Shown: piece by piece, positions 24,516 to 38,535 of the stretch
How positions within the stretch are numbered: the stretch's first letter is position 1
Layout: each line of letters starts with the position of its first letter
Source of the DNA: Eledone cirrhosa
Taxonomy: Eukaryota
Length of the DNA: 64,000 bases
Assembly: GCA_964016885.1 (NCBI GenBank)
Contig: OZ024742.1
Coordinates: 316,262,001 to 316,326,000, forward strand
Direction: 5' to 3'
Made by a program: the position numbers and the translations under genes
Notes under the pieces: model-generated
Told to the model about the DNA's origin: nothing
Database searches by the model: none
Seen by the model: the letters and a program-made list of their open reading frames with translations, nothing else

Positions 24516-26098
24516 ACCCGTCATTAGAAAGATTGAAGGGACGGGCGGGGTGGAATCGGAAATAATTTTTATATATTTATATATTTATACACATACATAC
24601 ACAAATGTGGCGCCTTTTACAGAAAGTATGATTCTTCATGGAAATGAAGTTGATAAGCTAATCCTCCTGTTTCCCTCTATTTACCAAAGTTACCAAAAAG
24701 AGAATCAGGTGAAATTCTCAACCTGGTCAGCTAAGATTTTCAGCCAAGTCTATGCCCTGCTGTCTTAAAAACGGACACATTTCATCATGAATATATCTAA
24801 AAACCAAAAATCTTTGGTTTGGAGTTAAACTCAAAAAGCTACATACTAAATATATAACATTTTCTCAGTTAACCACGTTCTCCAGTGTTAACCATCTTCT
24901 TTTATTTTCTCTAATAGTGTATGTAAGATGTTAGAGGGATGGAGAAAACGAATGGTCACCGCTGATGCTTGCGCACACAGCAGAAGGAGGGAGAAACGAA
25001 CTGTTCGGTGGCAGCCGAGGCAAGTGGATAGAGCCTAATAAGCAATGCAAGCGCTATATAAGAAAGAAGTGAACGAACGATTGCAACTGATGCAAGCGAG
25101 TAATGCGAACTGGCACTGCATGCGCAGCAGAAGGGCGAACAGAAAACATTTTCCTAAAAATTTCAAAAACATGAAAAATTTTCATAAAAATTTCAAAACC
25201 TATTCTTAAGTCAATTTTTGAGAAATGCTTTAAGAAAATTTGTAATGAAACGTTTGAGAAAAGTTTTGAAAGGTTTTGAGAAAAATGTTTAAAAGTTTGA
25301 CGAAGATTTTTGAAAATTTCTGAGAAAAATCTTTAAGAAAGAAAATATATGAACATTTCGAGGGAAATATGATGGAAAGTTTCAGTAAAACTTTAGAAAG
25401 AATTTGAAGAAATAAAAAAAAATAATATTTTGAGAAAAAATTTTACGGCAAAGTTTTCGAAAATATTTTGATGAAAATTGTATAAAAAAACAACGAGAAA
25501 TGTCTCAGAAAAATTTATAAAAAATTTCGAAGAAAATCTTAGATGAAATATTTGGTGAAATTGTTTTGAAAAGTTTTGATTTGGTTTGATTTTTTTGAAA
25601 AGTTTCTGTAAAATGTCTAACAATAATACAAACACTAATTATCTGATAGAATTTAACTTTGATGGTTCTACCACTTTCATTTCATGTTTCACGCCTTTCT
25701 TATTATTTGTTTCTTCATTTTGCAGAAGTTTGCATTTGTTTTCATTCATTTAATATTTTCCATACGTTATATCATTTCTTGCTGGAAAATGCACATTGCT
25801 ATCTTTGAACCAATCTACTGCTCTATTAAAACTAATGAATTATTTTGTATTCTTCACAGATGAAAGTAATTGGTCTGTTTCACCGCTACAGATTCCTATA
25901 TTAAATTCCTTCCACTAAAATGTATCTGAACGAATCAAATGACAAAGCCAGTGATATACTTGTTATTATTTGTGATATAGGTTCAACTTTACGAATGCTT
26001 TGATGGTTTGATACGTGTATTTCATGACTTTTAAAAGCCCATTTCTATTAAGTTCATCTTGACATACATAAACATTTTCTACCGTTTGTTCAAATTTT

Positions 26099-26211
<113 letters not shown>

Positions 26212-26214
26212 AGT

Positions 26215-26372
26215 AGGTCCCAACTGTTCGGATCTATCTTTCGAACGAAACGGCTGGAGCTCAGCAGTCAGGGTCCTGACTCTTTTCCTATTATCCACTT
26301 TACTACCCTAAGTATCGAGTACTCTGGTGCGTTATGGTCCATCTGGTTTCTCACCACACTTTCTTTGTTATA
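26215..26372 (+). mobile_element. 3' fragment of the palindrome family (3' half of hammerhead plus terminus)
   Basis: gaaacggctggagctcagcagtcagggt; downstream sequence matches the reverse complement of 17761-17850. Confidence 0.75.
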
Positions 26373-26379
26373 TATATAT

Positions 26380-27606
26380 ATCAGGTTATCTCATAAATGT
26401 TTTTTTACGCTGTACTTGTTAAAACATTTTCTACTAAGTTGAATAAATACTGCAGAAAAAGAAAAGTTTCAATCAGATAGATTCTGACTTCACTCATATT
26501 TTAATTTGTTGCTTTAATAATCCTTCTTGAAAATATAAGTCACAAAATATTATATAAGTCATGCTTTACGAGTTCAAAAAAAGGCAACTGTGCTAAAAAT
26601 ATTGTACAAAATGTGCAAAGAGTGTATGGTGAAGGTGTTTTGAATGAAAGTGCCAACGATGTTTCTATAAATTTCGACAAACGGTGGTTTAACTCGGAAG
26701 ATGGTCACCACGCTGGGTGTCCTGTCCCATTTGATAATGATACACCGGAAGCCACCATTAAAAAAATCCATGTAACTGTTAAAGAGGTAGCAGAAGAGGT
26801 TGATTCAGTGTCACTAGCCGTCCATCACCATGTACAAGAACTTGGAATGGTGTCTATGCTTGGCAAATGGATTTTCAACTCAATGAAAACAATCGAAGAG
26901 AACGAGTCAACATTTGCACAGCTCTTCCTTCTCGAGAGTGTAAGTCTCTATTTCTGAATTGTCTTGAAACCGGTGATGAAAAGTACATAGTCTATAAGAA
27001 TGTTAAACCCCGACGGCAGTGGCTTCAATCAAGACAATAAGCAAAACCTTATCCGAAACAAGATCTTCATCGTCAGACGATCTTATCTTGTTAAAGATTT
27101 GATGAGTGTAATACACTATAAAACTATGCAACAAAAGAAGCCAATCAGCGCCCACGTGTACCGTGAACAATTCAATGGATTGAATGAAATATTGAAAGAA
27201 AAAAGGTATTTCCTAATAAAGTGAAAGAGTGTTATCACGACAACCCCTGACCTCTTACTGCAGGAATTAGATGATCCAAGATAGAGGAACTTGGCCTCGT
27301 AAGGCTTCCACATTCTTTATATTTTCTTGGCATTGCCCCTTCAGTTTATCAATTACTCCGAATTTTACAACTTGTTATTAATCTAAAATAATACTATTCT
27401 TTAGAGACACTTGAAATGGACACACGTGACATTTTCTCCTCAAAATCCTCCGATAACTAAAGGAATGACATAAAAACCTTTCTCATCTCAAGAAGAATAT
27501 TATTGATTTAGATGGGGAATATATCCATGATTAAATTAGTGCCTAACTTGTTTTTCTTTCTCTATAAAGCCTACACCCAAAACGACATTACTTAAGGGAT
27601 TGACTA
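26380..27606 (+). mobile_element. Decayed mariner (Tc1/mariner) transposon
   Basis: Frameshifted motifs YGEGVL, ETGDEKYIVYKN..RRQW, and IAPSVYQLLR (compare YSPDLAPSDYHLFR). Confidence 0.85.
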
Positions 27607-27869
27607 AGGCAGTGCACACAGAGCAGAAGGACGGAGAGAACGAACAATCACCGTCGATGCATGCAGACAGTGTTTACTGGCAGTATATCCGCCGCAGAAA
27701 AGATGGAGAGTATGACTGAAACCTGATCCGTGTTCTGAAACGATATTTATTAACATTTGCATTTATAATTTAATATTTTAGTTTTAAATATATCTTTTAA
27801 GAAAAAGGAACCGAAACAAGTGTTGGGTTTTACGTTAATGCGTGTGAGCACTTATTTCTGTCTATTTAC

Positions 27870-28070
27870 ATATTTGATTTTCTTGAAGATATATAGGGGA
27901 ATTAACTTCTGCTGTCTTAACTGGAAGCAGCCATGAATTTGTTGTGCACACTATAACCAAGGGAAGATATTTTGAGAAAATGATACTTGAGTTATTTCCC
28001 TTGATAAAACAATTGCCTGAGAGTAACTTCCCTTGTAATAATTCTAATGATATTTTCTTGTGTGTAAATA
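27870..28070 (-). CDS. Candidate 201-bp phase 1-1 internal exon of an unknown host gene
   Basis: Acceptor tttatttacttctcAG, open frame FTHKKISLELLQGK...QENQI, donor GTaaat; the frame closes immediately after the donor. Confidence 0.3.
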
Positions 28071-28175
28071 CTGAGAAGTAAATAAAACGAAAGAATATTT
28101 CAAAAGACTTCATGTTGCAGTTGGATTTCAGCAAGTAACTTGTATCTCTTTCTTTATTAACAAATGTATTATAAG

Positions 28176-28660
28176 ATAATTGTTTCTACTTTAGGCACAG
28201 GGCCAGCAATAACCCAATACATTACTGGTACTTTATTTTATCGACCCCGTAAAGATGAAAGGCAAAGTCAACCTCGGCGGGATTTGAAGTCAGATCGTAA
28301 AGGGACGTAACTATGCGGGAAAGCATGGCGTCCGACCCTCTACCGATACTGCCAATCCATATAAAATAATTGTTTCTACTTTTGGCACAAGGCTAGCAAT
28401 TATCACAGTACATTACTGGTACTTTATTTTATCGACCCCGTAAGGATGAAAGGCAAAGTTAATCTCGGCGGGATTTGAACTCAGATCGTAAAGGGACGTA
28501 ACTATGCTGGAAAGCATGTCCGACCCTCTACCGATACTACCAATTCACCGCCTATCCATATAAAATAATTGTTTCTACTTTAGGCACAAGGCCAGCAATT
28601 ACCCAGTGCATTACTGGTACTTTATTTTATCGACCCCGTAAGGATGAAAGGCAAAGTCAA
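28176..28660 (-). mobile_element. Tandem trimer of the main SINE
   Basis: Copies at about 28176-28356, 28365-28553 and 28564-28660, joined by atccatataaa. Confidence 0.9.
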
Positions 28661-30725
28661 AACTAATATAAGTATTTACTGTTTTTTCATTAATTGTTTA
28701 GGACCTAAATAATTAACGAAAAGAACCTAAACTTTAGATGAATTAATAAGGTGATTCTTCATCGTAAATTTATTACGATCACAACACCGTTTTCCGGAAA
28801 CTGATGTTCCGGCACCTCCTTTTATCGGTGAACACTTACATTTCCTGCAACTTCCGATACATGCTAATTCATGCGAAGTGGTTACTGCGTGGTATTAGAT
28901 TAAATTTGAAAGATTTCCGCTTTTATATTATTATAGAGGAGGAGTAGGAAGAGAGTTTCTGACTTCGTAATATATTTCTAGTGAAATTTTATTTAACCTT
29001 AACAAGTACAAGTTATTGCAATACACATTATACAGTATTAAAAAATTGTACAATATACATGGTTATAAGGTAACAAAAATAATAAGAAAATAATAGGAAA
29101 AAAATATAAAAAGGAAGAGAGAGAGCAACAGACTCTACAGTCCAGTTTGAGCGATGTTTCTGATGCACCACGCGGATAAAATGACTAAGGTATTGCCTCG
29201 GAGAATGGTCAACGATACCCGCTGGAATAGCCACCCTTACTCACGTAGCTCCCTTCTCAGACGGGCTACTGCCTTTCCTATTTTACGAAAGAAATTAGCA
29301 GTGCGAAGAGCGAGGACACCCGAAGTTTTGCAGTCGGTCAAGTCCAGGTATCTAGTTATCTCCTTTCCTTTGCGTTGCTGGAGGCGTTGCCCGGGATTGC
29401 GCCCAAAGCGACAAGGCTGAAGAAGAAGAACGAGTCGCCACACGTCACACCATAGATTAGGATTTATCTCCCTTGAATGTCATTCTACTTGAGTCCACTT
29501 TGTATTGCTGCCTTCATATATATGGCCTTTAGTACTGTATTATACAATGTCATTTTCCCGTTTTATAAGGTGCGATTTAAGAGGGATTTAGCTATCGATT
29601 CTAGCAAGTCGAATCATTGTGAATATCTTGTGGTTGTTGTTGAATCCTAGATAACCTCTATTCTTGAAGACCTATGATCAAAGCGTTTCAGCCACGACTA
29701 TAAGGTCATATTTTAGTATCTATTTTAGTACCTTATTCAATGTGTTGTTCCATCTATATTAAGAAATTGTTGTATGGTTTGATGGGGGAATTTGACCGAT
29801 AAGCACAGCAACAATGTACAGATAACTCCACTGTGTCGACATTTTATAATCACATTTTAAAAGCATTTCTATATAAATGAAATTTCTGTAACCCTCTAAG
29901 ACAGCATCTAAATTTCTTAACTTAACTAAATCTTAACTTAAATTAGTAGTGTATCTTTTACTTTTTATTGTTTTTACTGTTATATTTCTAATATTGACAC
30001 GAGGCTATCAATTTGGTGGAAAAGGAAAGTAGATTATAAAGATGCCAGTACTTCACTGGTTCTTTATTCTGTCGACCCCGGAAGGATGAAGGCCATATTT
30101 GAAATGAGAAGGTAGAGGATCGTTACTAAATGTTTTAATGCATTTCAGCAGACGAGGTAACGATTCTAACAATCTACCATTCTGTTCCCATTATAATTAA
30201 TAATTTTTCTGTAGGTATGTCATGGCGGAAAAGGTAATTCGCTTGATTGGTAATCACAAGGTCCATTCCAATAAATTAACTCCCTTTGTTTTGTTTATGA
30301 ACCGAAACCCAAACCAAATTAATAGAAAACTGGGTGTATAAATGAGTAAAAAGAGAAACCCTTTATTCGGTCAGCCGACCTGCTAGAAATAACACCTAAA
30401 ATCATATCATTTCTATTTCTAATTATTATTACCACTTCCAGCAGAGTACAACACGTTACCAGCATATTTTAATTGATATTTTAGAATGTTTATGATCATT
30501 TTTTAAAGTAAATTACTTTCCATTAGAAGCCAGTCTGCTTGGGAAGAGGTAGAGATTATAATTCATGACGGGAGGGAGATGGGATTTGAATTTGCATCGT
30601 AGATACCAGGACCGATACTACAAAGATTGCCGTCCCACGCTTTGGCGATTTCTCCAACCCAACGCCTCAAGATTGGTATATTATTGGACGAAAGGCACAA
30701 TTGATCTCGGTGGGATTTGAACTGA

Positions 30726-30939
30726 GTATGTGTGAGTACTGACAATAATAGTTCATCCTGATAATTATTCAAGCATTAATCATTCCTTTTGCATTATACA
30801 TAATATATATAAAGTTTCATGCGCTTGAAAAAATAAATGACACATGGAACTTTATATATATTATATATAATGCAAAAGGGAATGATTAATGCTTGAATAC
30901 TTATCAGGATAAACTATCCATGTCAGTACTCACGCATAC
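30726..30939. repeat. Imperfect inverted repeat with about 100-bp arms
   Basis: gtatgtgtgagtactgaca...catg, a short spacer, then catg...tgtcagtactcacgcatac. Confidence 0.9.
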
Positions 30940-31235
30940 GCACACACACAAACACACACACACATACACATGCATACCCCCACGCACTTGTACTCGATTA
31001 CACAGGCTAATTTGTGTAGACACACACTCACATGTGTATGTTTATACAGAAACGATTATATACACAAACTTGTACCCGTTATATAGACACTCTCACGCTT
31101 TTAGACGTAACCACATATATACACACACATCTATACATAGTTGATAACACGAAGCATTGTTCTATATAGTTAATTAAATGAAAGGTTATTGATTAGTTAA
31201 TAGTGTGAATATATATTCTTTATTTAATTGTAGGA

Positions 31236-31452
31236 GAGCAGTGCGTTGGAAGTATCGGTAGAGCATTGGACATGTTTTGCGGCACATAGTTACAGTCTTT
31301 TACATTCTGAGTTCAAATTTCGCCGCGGTTAGCTTTGCCCTTCATCCTTAGGGAGTCGATAAAATAAAGACTAGTAACACACTGGGATCGATTTAATCGA
31401 CTGACTTCTTCTGTTCAAATTGCTGGTCTTGTGTCGAAAGTAGAAATAAATA
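31236..31452 (+). mobile_element. tRNA-derived SINE, diverged copy
   Basis: B-box gagttcaaatt and the shared core. Confidence 0.8.
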
Positions 31453-31499
31453 GCAGGTAGTGGTATTAGTTAATGACATAGATTTTAGTTAAGTGCAGA

Positions 31500-32630
31500 G
31501 ATTGAGATTAACTAATTAATGACATATTGTGATGAACTAGTTAACAACATGAAGAGATGTTGCCTAGTTAGTAATATGGAGAGTTATTGTGAGTTTATGA
31601 ATATAGTGAGGTATCCACAGGTTATAAGCATAATGAGGTATTGATTATTTCTGAACATAGAGAGGTGTTGGCTATTTTTGGACATAGGTATTGATTGCTT
31701 ATGGACATAGATTGGCATTGAAAAGTGAGAGAGAGAGTGGTATTCATTATCTATGGACAGAGAGAATGAAGTATTGACAGTTTATGGACAGAGAGAGGTG
31801 TTGACAAATTCTGGACAAAGAGAGGTATTGATTAGGTATGGAAATAGAGAAGTATTGACAGGTTATGGGCAGAGAGTGGTGTTGACTTGTATGAACATGG
31901 AATTATACTGATTCGAAATGGACAAAGAGTGGTGTTGAAGGATTATGGACATAGAGGGGGTGTTGTTTAGTTAATAACACGGAGTGGCTTTGACCGATTT
32001 TAGACATGAAAATGTATTGGCTAGTACTGAACATGGAGAGATACTGACTGTTTATAAACATAATATTGACTGGTTAAAGCATGGAGTTGTATTGATTGAC
32101 TAATGACATGGAGTGGTGTTGACTGGTTATGGAAGTGGAAAAGTGTTGGCTAGTTAGGGACAAGGAGAAAAATTGATTAGTATGTAACATGGTGTGGTGT
32201 TGATAAATACAGAGCAGTATTGGTTGATAACACGGTTCGACTGGCTATAGACATAGAGACATGTTGACTAGTTATAGATATAGTGAGAATAACTAGTGAA
32301 GGACATGGAGTCATATTGGTTAGTTATAAACATGAAGAGTACTGTTGATTGGTTAGGGACATGGAGAGGTTTTGGTTGGTATGTAACATGGTGTGGTGTT
32401 GACAAATACGGAGCAATATTGACTGGTTAATAACATGGAGAGGTATAGATTAATTATAGACATAGAGACATGTGGAGTAGTTATAGATATATTGAGAATG
32501 ACTAGTGAAGGACATGGAGTTATTATTGGTTAGTTATAGACATGAAGTACTATTGAATGGTTAGGGACATGGAGAGGTATTAATTAGTTAATACATGGAG
32601 TAGGATTGATTGGTTATAGACATTGAGAGC
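31500..32630. repeat. Degenerate about 31-bp minisatellite
   Basis: Recurrent tattgactrgttatrgacatrgagagg, with a larger internal duplication at about 32150-32580. Confidence 0.8.
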
Positions 32631-33284
32631 TAGAGCCTGGTCAAAAATGAGTAATGGCGTCGATTTGATAGAGGTGTTAGACCGTCGGACAATAATTTGT
32701 GGTAGTCAGTCCAGCTTTCTGCGCTGTGTTCAAATCCTGTCGAGATAAACACCATCTGTCATAGTTTCGAGGTCGATAAATGATGTATCATACATGTAAT
32801 AGGGATGATTCTTTCTCTCTCTATGACACACACACACTCTTCCCTTCTCTCTCTCTCCTTCTCTCCCAAAGAGGTCGCCTGTATTCAGACTTGGAGAGTG
32901 ATCTTTAAAGACATCTTTAAAGACATAGGCATGTTGTATATCATGAATCAGTAGATTTTCGGACGAAATCTTAAGCAATATTTCGTTGCCTATTTTTACG
33001 TGCTGAATTCAAATCCAGACTACGTTGCTTTTTCTATAGATTCTTTCGTAGCCAGTAAAATAAATACCTGATGAGTACATAATAGGTTATATGTACATCC
33101 CTCCAAAGTACGAGGTCTTATATATGTTAAAAATGAAAAATCAATAGAGGTATTAACTAATCAATAACTGAGAGAATTATTATGTAGCAAGTGAAAGGAT
33201 TCGTATCATCTGATTCACAAGACTGTTTGATACAAGCTTACAGTGGAGGAATATAACTCAACATTATTTGTTGTTATTTACCTT

Positions 33285-33352
33285 ACAGCTACTGATGAGT
33301 GGAAGTCAGCACCGCATTTTGAAATTAACTGCACGAACCTTCATGTGGCTGT
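33285..33352 (+). ncRNA. Decayed hammerhead-like motif
   Basis: Stem I acagcta/tggctgt, CTGATGA 33292-98, stem II gtg/cac. GAAA and the cleavage triplet are degenerate. Confidence 0.4.
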
Positions 33353-33382
33353 GATCTTTCGTTACCTTCAGCAATCACACAC

Positions 33383-33420
<38 letters not shown>

Positions 33421-33607
33421 TGGGAGAGAGTGAAAGAGAGGAGGTTGCTGAGGGTGAGACAGGGACGCACACATACACTCATACACATACACATGTTTTT
33501 TTTATGCATGTGTATGTATGCCTGATATATATATTTATATATATGTATATATACACACACAGATACATATATATATAAATAAATAAATAAATATATATAT
33601 ATATATA

Positions 33608-33804
33608 TATAGATGAGATTCTACAGGACTAGAACTGTTTCATTCTTTAGAAAACATCAGGAATCTGCAGATTCCTGATGATTTCTAAAGAATGAAACAG
33701 TTCTAGTCCTGTAGAATCTCATCTATATTAAAACTTTTATACTCTGCTATGTATTGAGTACCTTACTTACTGTGGTTACCTCCGATTCAACCCGGAATAA
33801 CTTA

Positions 33805-33810
<6 letters not shown>
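33608..33810 (+). mobile_element. Family A fragment whose 5' part is a 120-bp palindrome of two hammerheads
   Basis: Palindrome 33608-33728 centred on gaatct-gc-agattc; (TA)n on both sides. Confidence 0.85.
33669..33719 (+). ncRNA. Type I hammerhead ribozyme, family A
   Basis: Stem I agattc/gaatct; CTGATGA 33675-81; stem II ttc-taaa-gaa; GAAA; stem III ACAG-ttctagtc-CTGT; cleavage triplet GTA 33711-13. Confidence 0.85.
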
Positions 33811-33846
<36 letters not shown>

Positions 33847-34574
33847 GTCACACATATAATATAGACAGGGAAATAAAAATAGAGACAATTGCAATTAAGA
33901 TGTCATGTAATATTTCAATGGAAAAAAAGGAGGAAACAACTTAGTTAATATAAGAAGACAAAAGAAAGTTTATGTGAATGAACAACTGTAGGGGTCCTGT
34001 GTCACTTGGTGCTTATATTTATATATGTGCGTGTCTGGGTAGAGGAAACCCATCCATCTTATTTCTTCCATTCATTCAACAACCAGAGCTTTCAATCTAA
34101 CTTTAAAACATGATAACAAATTCTGAACAAGGAGAGTATGGGAAATCGAAACCTCATCCCTCCAAAATAAAAAATAAAATAATATAGCAACAACAAATGT
34201 AAAATAATAAACAAACAAAAAGAACCGACATCGACAGCTGTAAAAGAAAATAATGGTTGCTAAAATTGTGAATATAATGAATGAAACAAAGGAACACATA
34301 AAATGAAGACGTTTTCTTTTGCATTTATTGTTGCATTTCTTGTTGCGACATTGTTTTAATGTTATTTTACTGATGTTGTTACTGTTAGTTTTTTCTCCTT
34401 TTAGCGAAGGTAATCCACACAGGAAAGGACACACATACAACAATACACACACACATACGTACGTATATGCACACACGCAACCTCCTCCACGCACACAACT
34501 GGAGGGAAGCACATGCATCAATGTATATAAAAATAAATTTATTATATACATTTATGTGCACACACTGAAGATAG

Positions 34575-35078
34575 GGACCCATACATATACATACAAACAT
34601 ACATACATACATACATACATACATACATACATACATACATACATACATACATACATACATACATGATTACATATATGCATGCATACATATATACATACAT
34701 ACATATAGATAAACAAACATACATACAAACACATACACATCTAATACATTCTAAGTACATAAACACATACACATATACACACACACACATAGATACATAT
34801 ACGCACGCAAACACACATATATATACCCATACATAATATATGCATGCATACATACAAACATACATACATACATAATACACACACACACACATATATGGTT
34901 ACATACATACATGCATACATACTAACATACATACATAAGACACACACACATATATAGATACATGCATACATACATACATGCATACAACCAACCAAACAAA
35001 CATACATACATGCATGCATACATACATACATACATACATACATACATACATACATACATACAAACATATATACACACA

Positions 35079-35112
<34 letters not shown>

Positions 35113-35609
35113 CATGCATACATACATACATGCATACATACATACATACATACATAGATACATACATACACACATACATGTATACACACATACATGTATA
35201 CATACAAACAAAGATGCAGAGATCAAATTTCTTTTATGTGCAGCACATACATTAAACATCGATCCAGATGCCACAAGCATATTGTATGTATGTATGTATG
35301 TATGTATGTATGTATGTATGTATGTATGTATGTATGTATGTATGTATGTATGTATGTGTGTATGTATGTGTGTATGTGTGTGTGTGTGTGTATGTGTGTG
35401 TATGTATGTGTGTGTGTGTGTATGAATACATGTATTATGAATGTCTGCATGTATGTATACAGATAGATAGTCAGAGATAGATAAAGAGAGATAGATAAAT
35501 AGAGAGAGATAGAGAGAGAGAGAGCAAAAGAGAGCGGTGAGAGGGGGAGGGGAGAGAGTGGGGAGATGTGAGAGTGAGAGAAAAAGAGAGAAAAGAGAGA
35601 GAGAGAGGA

Positions 35610-35678
<69 letters not shown>

Positions 35679-35760
35679 TAGTGTCAGAAAGAGAAAGAGA
35701 GAGAGAGAGAAAGAGAAAGAGAGAAAAGGTGTGAGAGAACAAGAGAGAGAGAGGATAGAG
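34575..35760. repeat. Compound microsatellite field (CATA)n, (TATG)n, (GA)n
   Basis: Read directly. Confidence 0.95.
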
Positions 35761-36815
35761 CGAGAGTGAGCGGCGGGGATTCAGAGTGGAGAAAGAATAC
35801 AAATATATTGGCTCATTAAATAGTTTAGAAATGAGTAAATGTCTATTATCTGACAATAAACTATATTAGTTTGTCCAACCCCGACAGGATATTTCAGTTT
35901 ATTTACTTTATTAATGTATCTCCTTACTATATGGTTGACTGAGTACTAGCTTAATGTAGAAAGCCAAAAAAAAAAGAGCTATTGAAATAAACCTAATTAA
36001 TTAATTAAATACTTTTGTTCAGAAAGCCACATTAAGTAAAGTAGCACTCATTGAACTATTGTTTTATGCAGATGGCGTCCCTGAGTAAGTTCCTTCCGTC
36101 GTAATGTTAGATTATTCCCACCAGCTCGTGCACATTTCTTGTGTATCTCGCTATATAGTAATGATCTATCACTAAGACCGACAGACACTGGGATAAGTTG
36201 TGTTGGTTCATTAACGAGTTTTAACAAGAGCGAAACATGGCCGGAACTGCCACCACGTTTACCAAAGGTCAGTTTAAATTAATATTAATTCTTGAGCAAA
36301 TATTGGTTTCCTTTTCTTAATGCATATATAATTGAAATTGTAACTAATGAAAATTACGGAGCTGTCACAGCCTTTCCTGGACCAAAGTAATGTTGATTAA
36401 TTAATATTTTGACCGTCTACATCGAATATGTAAGATAATAACTCCCCCACCCACCTAAACATTTTGAATATATTTAGCATATCTTATTTTATGTTGCATT
36501 ATACAATATATCTCTCGAATGCCATGCAGCAATATGGAATATTGAAGACGATATAAAGTATGATATATGATACTTACACACACACGCACACATATATATA
36601 TATATAAACACACATACACGCACGCACACACATACACACGCACAGACACACAAACACACACACACACACATATATATATATATTATATATGAATGTACGT
36701 ATGTGCATATATGCGTGTGTGAGTGCTTCTTTATAGTATGCAGTACTATACACATACTTTCCTCCATGCAACAACGTATACTTTTGCACACATACTCTCA
36801 CTCTTAACAACGCAG

Positions 36816-37130
36816 TAGAGTGGGCCCACATATTACGTGGACTTAAGTAGTTTTATTTTGAACATAGGCAGACGGAAACATTCTTTTTTTTTTTTATTTT
36901 AACGCTCTCTTCCACTTGAAGCCGCATCACCTAATCTAAAGGAGAAAACTACACCCTTAACTGCAATTATTGTTTTCCTGAGTTTTCTTGATCTCTCGAA
37001 AAACTAACGTCATTCCAACTCTACAACAACGACGTACATAGCCACTTTGATATTAAAGTCTTGAACATACGCAGATTTCGAATAAGTGTAGGAAGAACCA
37101 ATTAACGTCATACAATTCAGGCCCACTGTA
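36816..37130. mobile_element. Possible Tc1/mariner-type MITE
   Basis: Imperfect TIRs agtgggccc...acgt and acgt...ggcccactgta. Confidence 0.4.
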
Positions 37131-37973
37131 TATTTCATATAAAATCCTTGAATGACTTTATCTGCCACAGCATTACTTAGCCCTTCATTGTCATATCTTC
37201 AGGGAGAAGATACTTTCTTTCTTCGCCTTACCAGCATCGAAGATTGAAAGAAAACAACAACGGTAAACACTCTCACAAATAAATACACATTTTCTGTCTG
37301 TCACAAACACTCACATACAATTAGACTTCCTCTCACATGTATTCTATTTGCCACGCACAGTATGATTGATCCTCAGTCAGACAGACATGACAACTCTCCC
37401 TATCCGACGGGGAGATCTCCCACCTACTTTGGGGTCGGTAAGAGTTATCTTCTCTTGTGAAAATGGGTTTAGTTTTCATTATGTAAAATCTCCCCATTTT
37501 GCTTCATTTCGCCCTGTTTTGGGGCACTTTTTTTCTTGGTGTTCCCCGGTCGGATTTTTAGAGGTTGGCAGGTCTGATCTGACTATGAACATTTAGTTGT
37601 TTGATCAACTGGACGTCTGACATTTAAATTACCCATGTACACCAAACGTGTTTCATATTACCAAGGTGTTCAAAAGAAGTCACCGTCTTTAGCATTGTGC
37701 CCTTAACAAGGAATCGAGATGCAGTTGTCTGCTCCCCAGGATCAGGTTGATGCATTACAACAGTATTTTTCATATATATATGTTAATTAATCCTTAGCCG
37801 GTCAAATTCAAAATATATGCAAATGAGCACTTCCAGTCGATGTTTTACATACAAAAAATTAAACAAGATATAAGCTTATTCCTGTCTCACGACTGATATT
37901 CTTATACGCTTACTGAGATAGTTTTGATATGACCACAACGTAAAATATTCATAGCAAAACTCTTGCTTGTTTA

Positions 37974-38535
37974 TCTATATATATAAAACTGAGGATGTCT
38001 GTTTGTCTGTTGTGTGTGTGTATGTGTGTGTGTACGTATGTATTACGTAAGTATGTATATATCTGTATATATAAAACTGAGGATGTCTGTGTGTGTGTGT
38101 GAGTTTGAATCCCTATAACTCGAGAAGTACCCTACCGATCTTTTTCAAACTTTACATGTGTATTATTTATGTTTCAGGGAGTGTTATGCATATAAAAAAG
38201 TCCAACTTTTTTTATGGCCTAGAGCACACATTAGGTGAAAATCTTTATTTTTTCAGCTTTTTAGGGCTTTTTTGAGGCGTTACGTCTAGCCGATTTTCCC
38301 GAAATTTCAAGGCATATTATGCACATAAAAAAAATTTATTTTCTTGATCCCCTAGGTGAAAACCTGCATTTTTCCTGCTTCATCGAGGAAAATCTTAAAG
38401 ATTATCCAGCCATCAGGGTATTCGGTTTATTTTCTTTACATATTGTCCAGGCATGCAGTTTTTTCACGATTAGGTCTGTTGGCGGCCCGCGTTCCAAAAT
38501 ACCTTATCCCGTTCAACGCCGGGTACCACAGCTAG
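37974..38535 (+). mobile_element. Non-autonomous Helitron with duplicated 5' end
   Basis: A|TC start (tctatatatataaaactgaggatgtctg, repeated at 38062); subterminal hairpin cccg...cggg; CTAG|T end at 38532-35. Confidence 0.8.

Noticed and set aside
25145-25620. A/T-tract-rich region as a structured element
   Set aside because: Low-complexity gaaaattt-type sequence with no definable unit or termini.
34542-35856. YI, CV, HT and MYVC-rich ORFs here and across the window
   Set aside because: They are translations of (TA)n, (CA)n, (CATA)n and (GA)n microsatellites.
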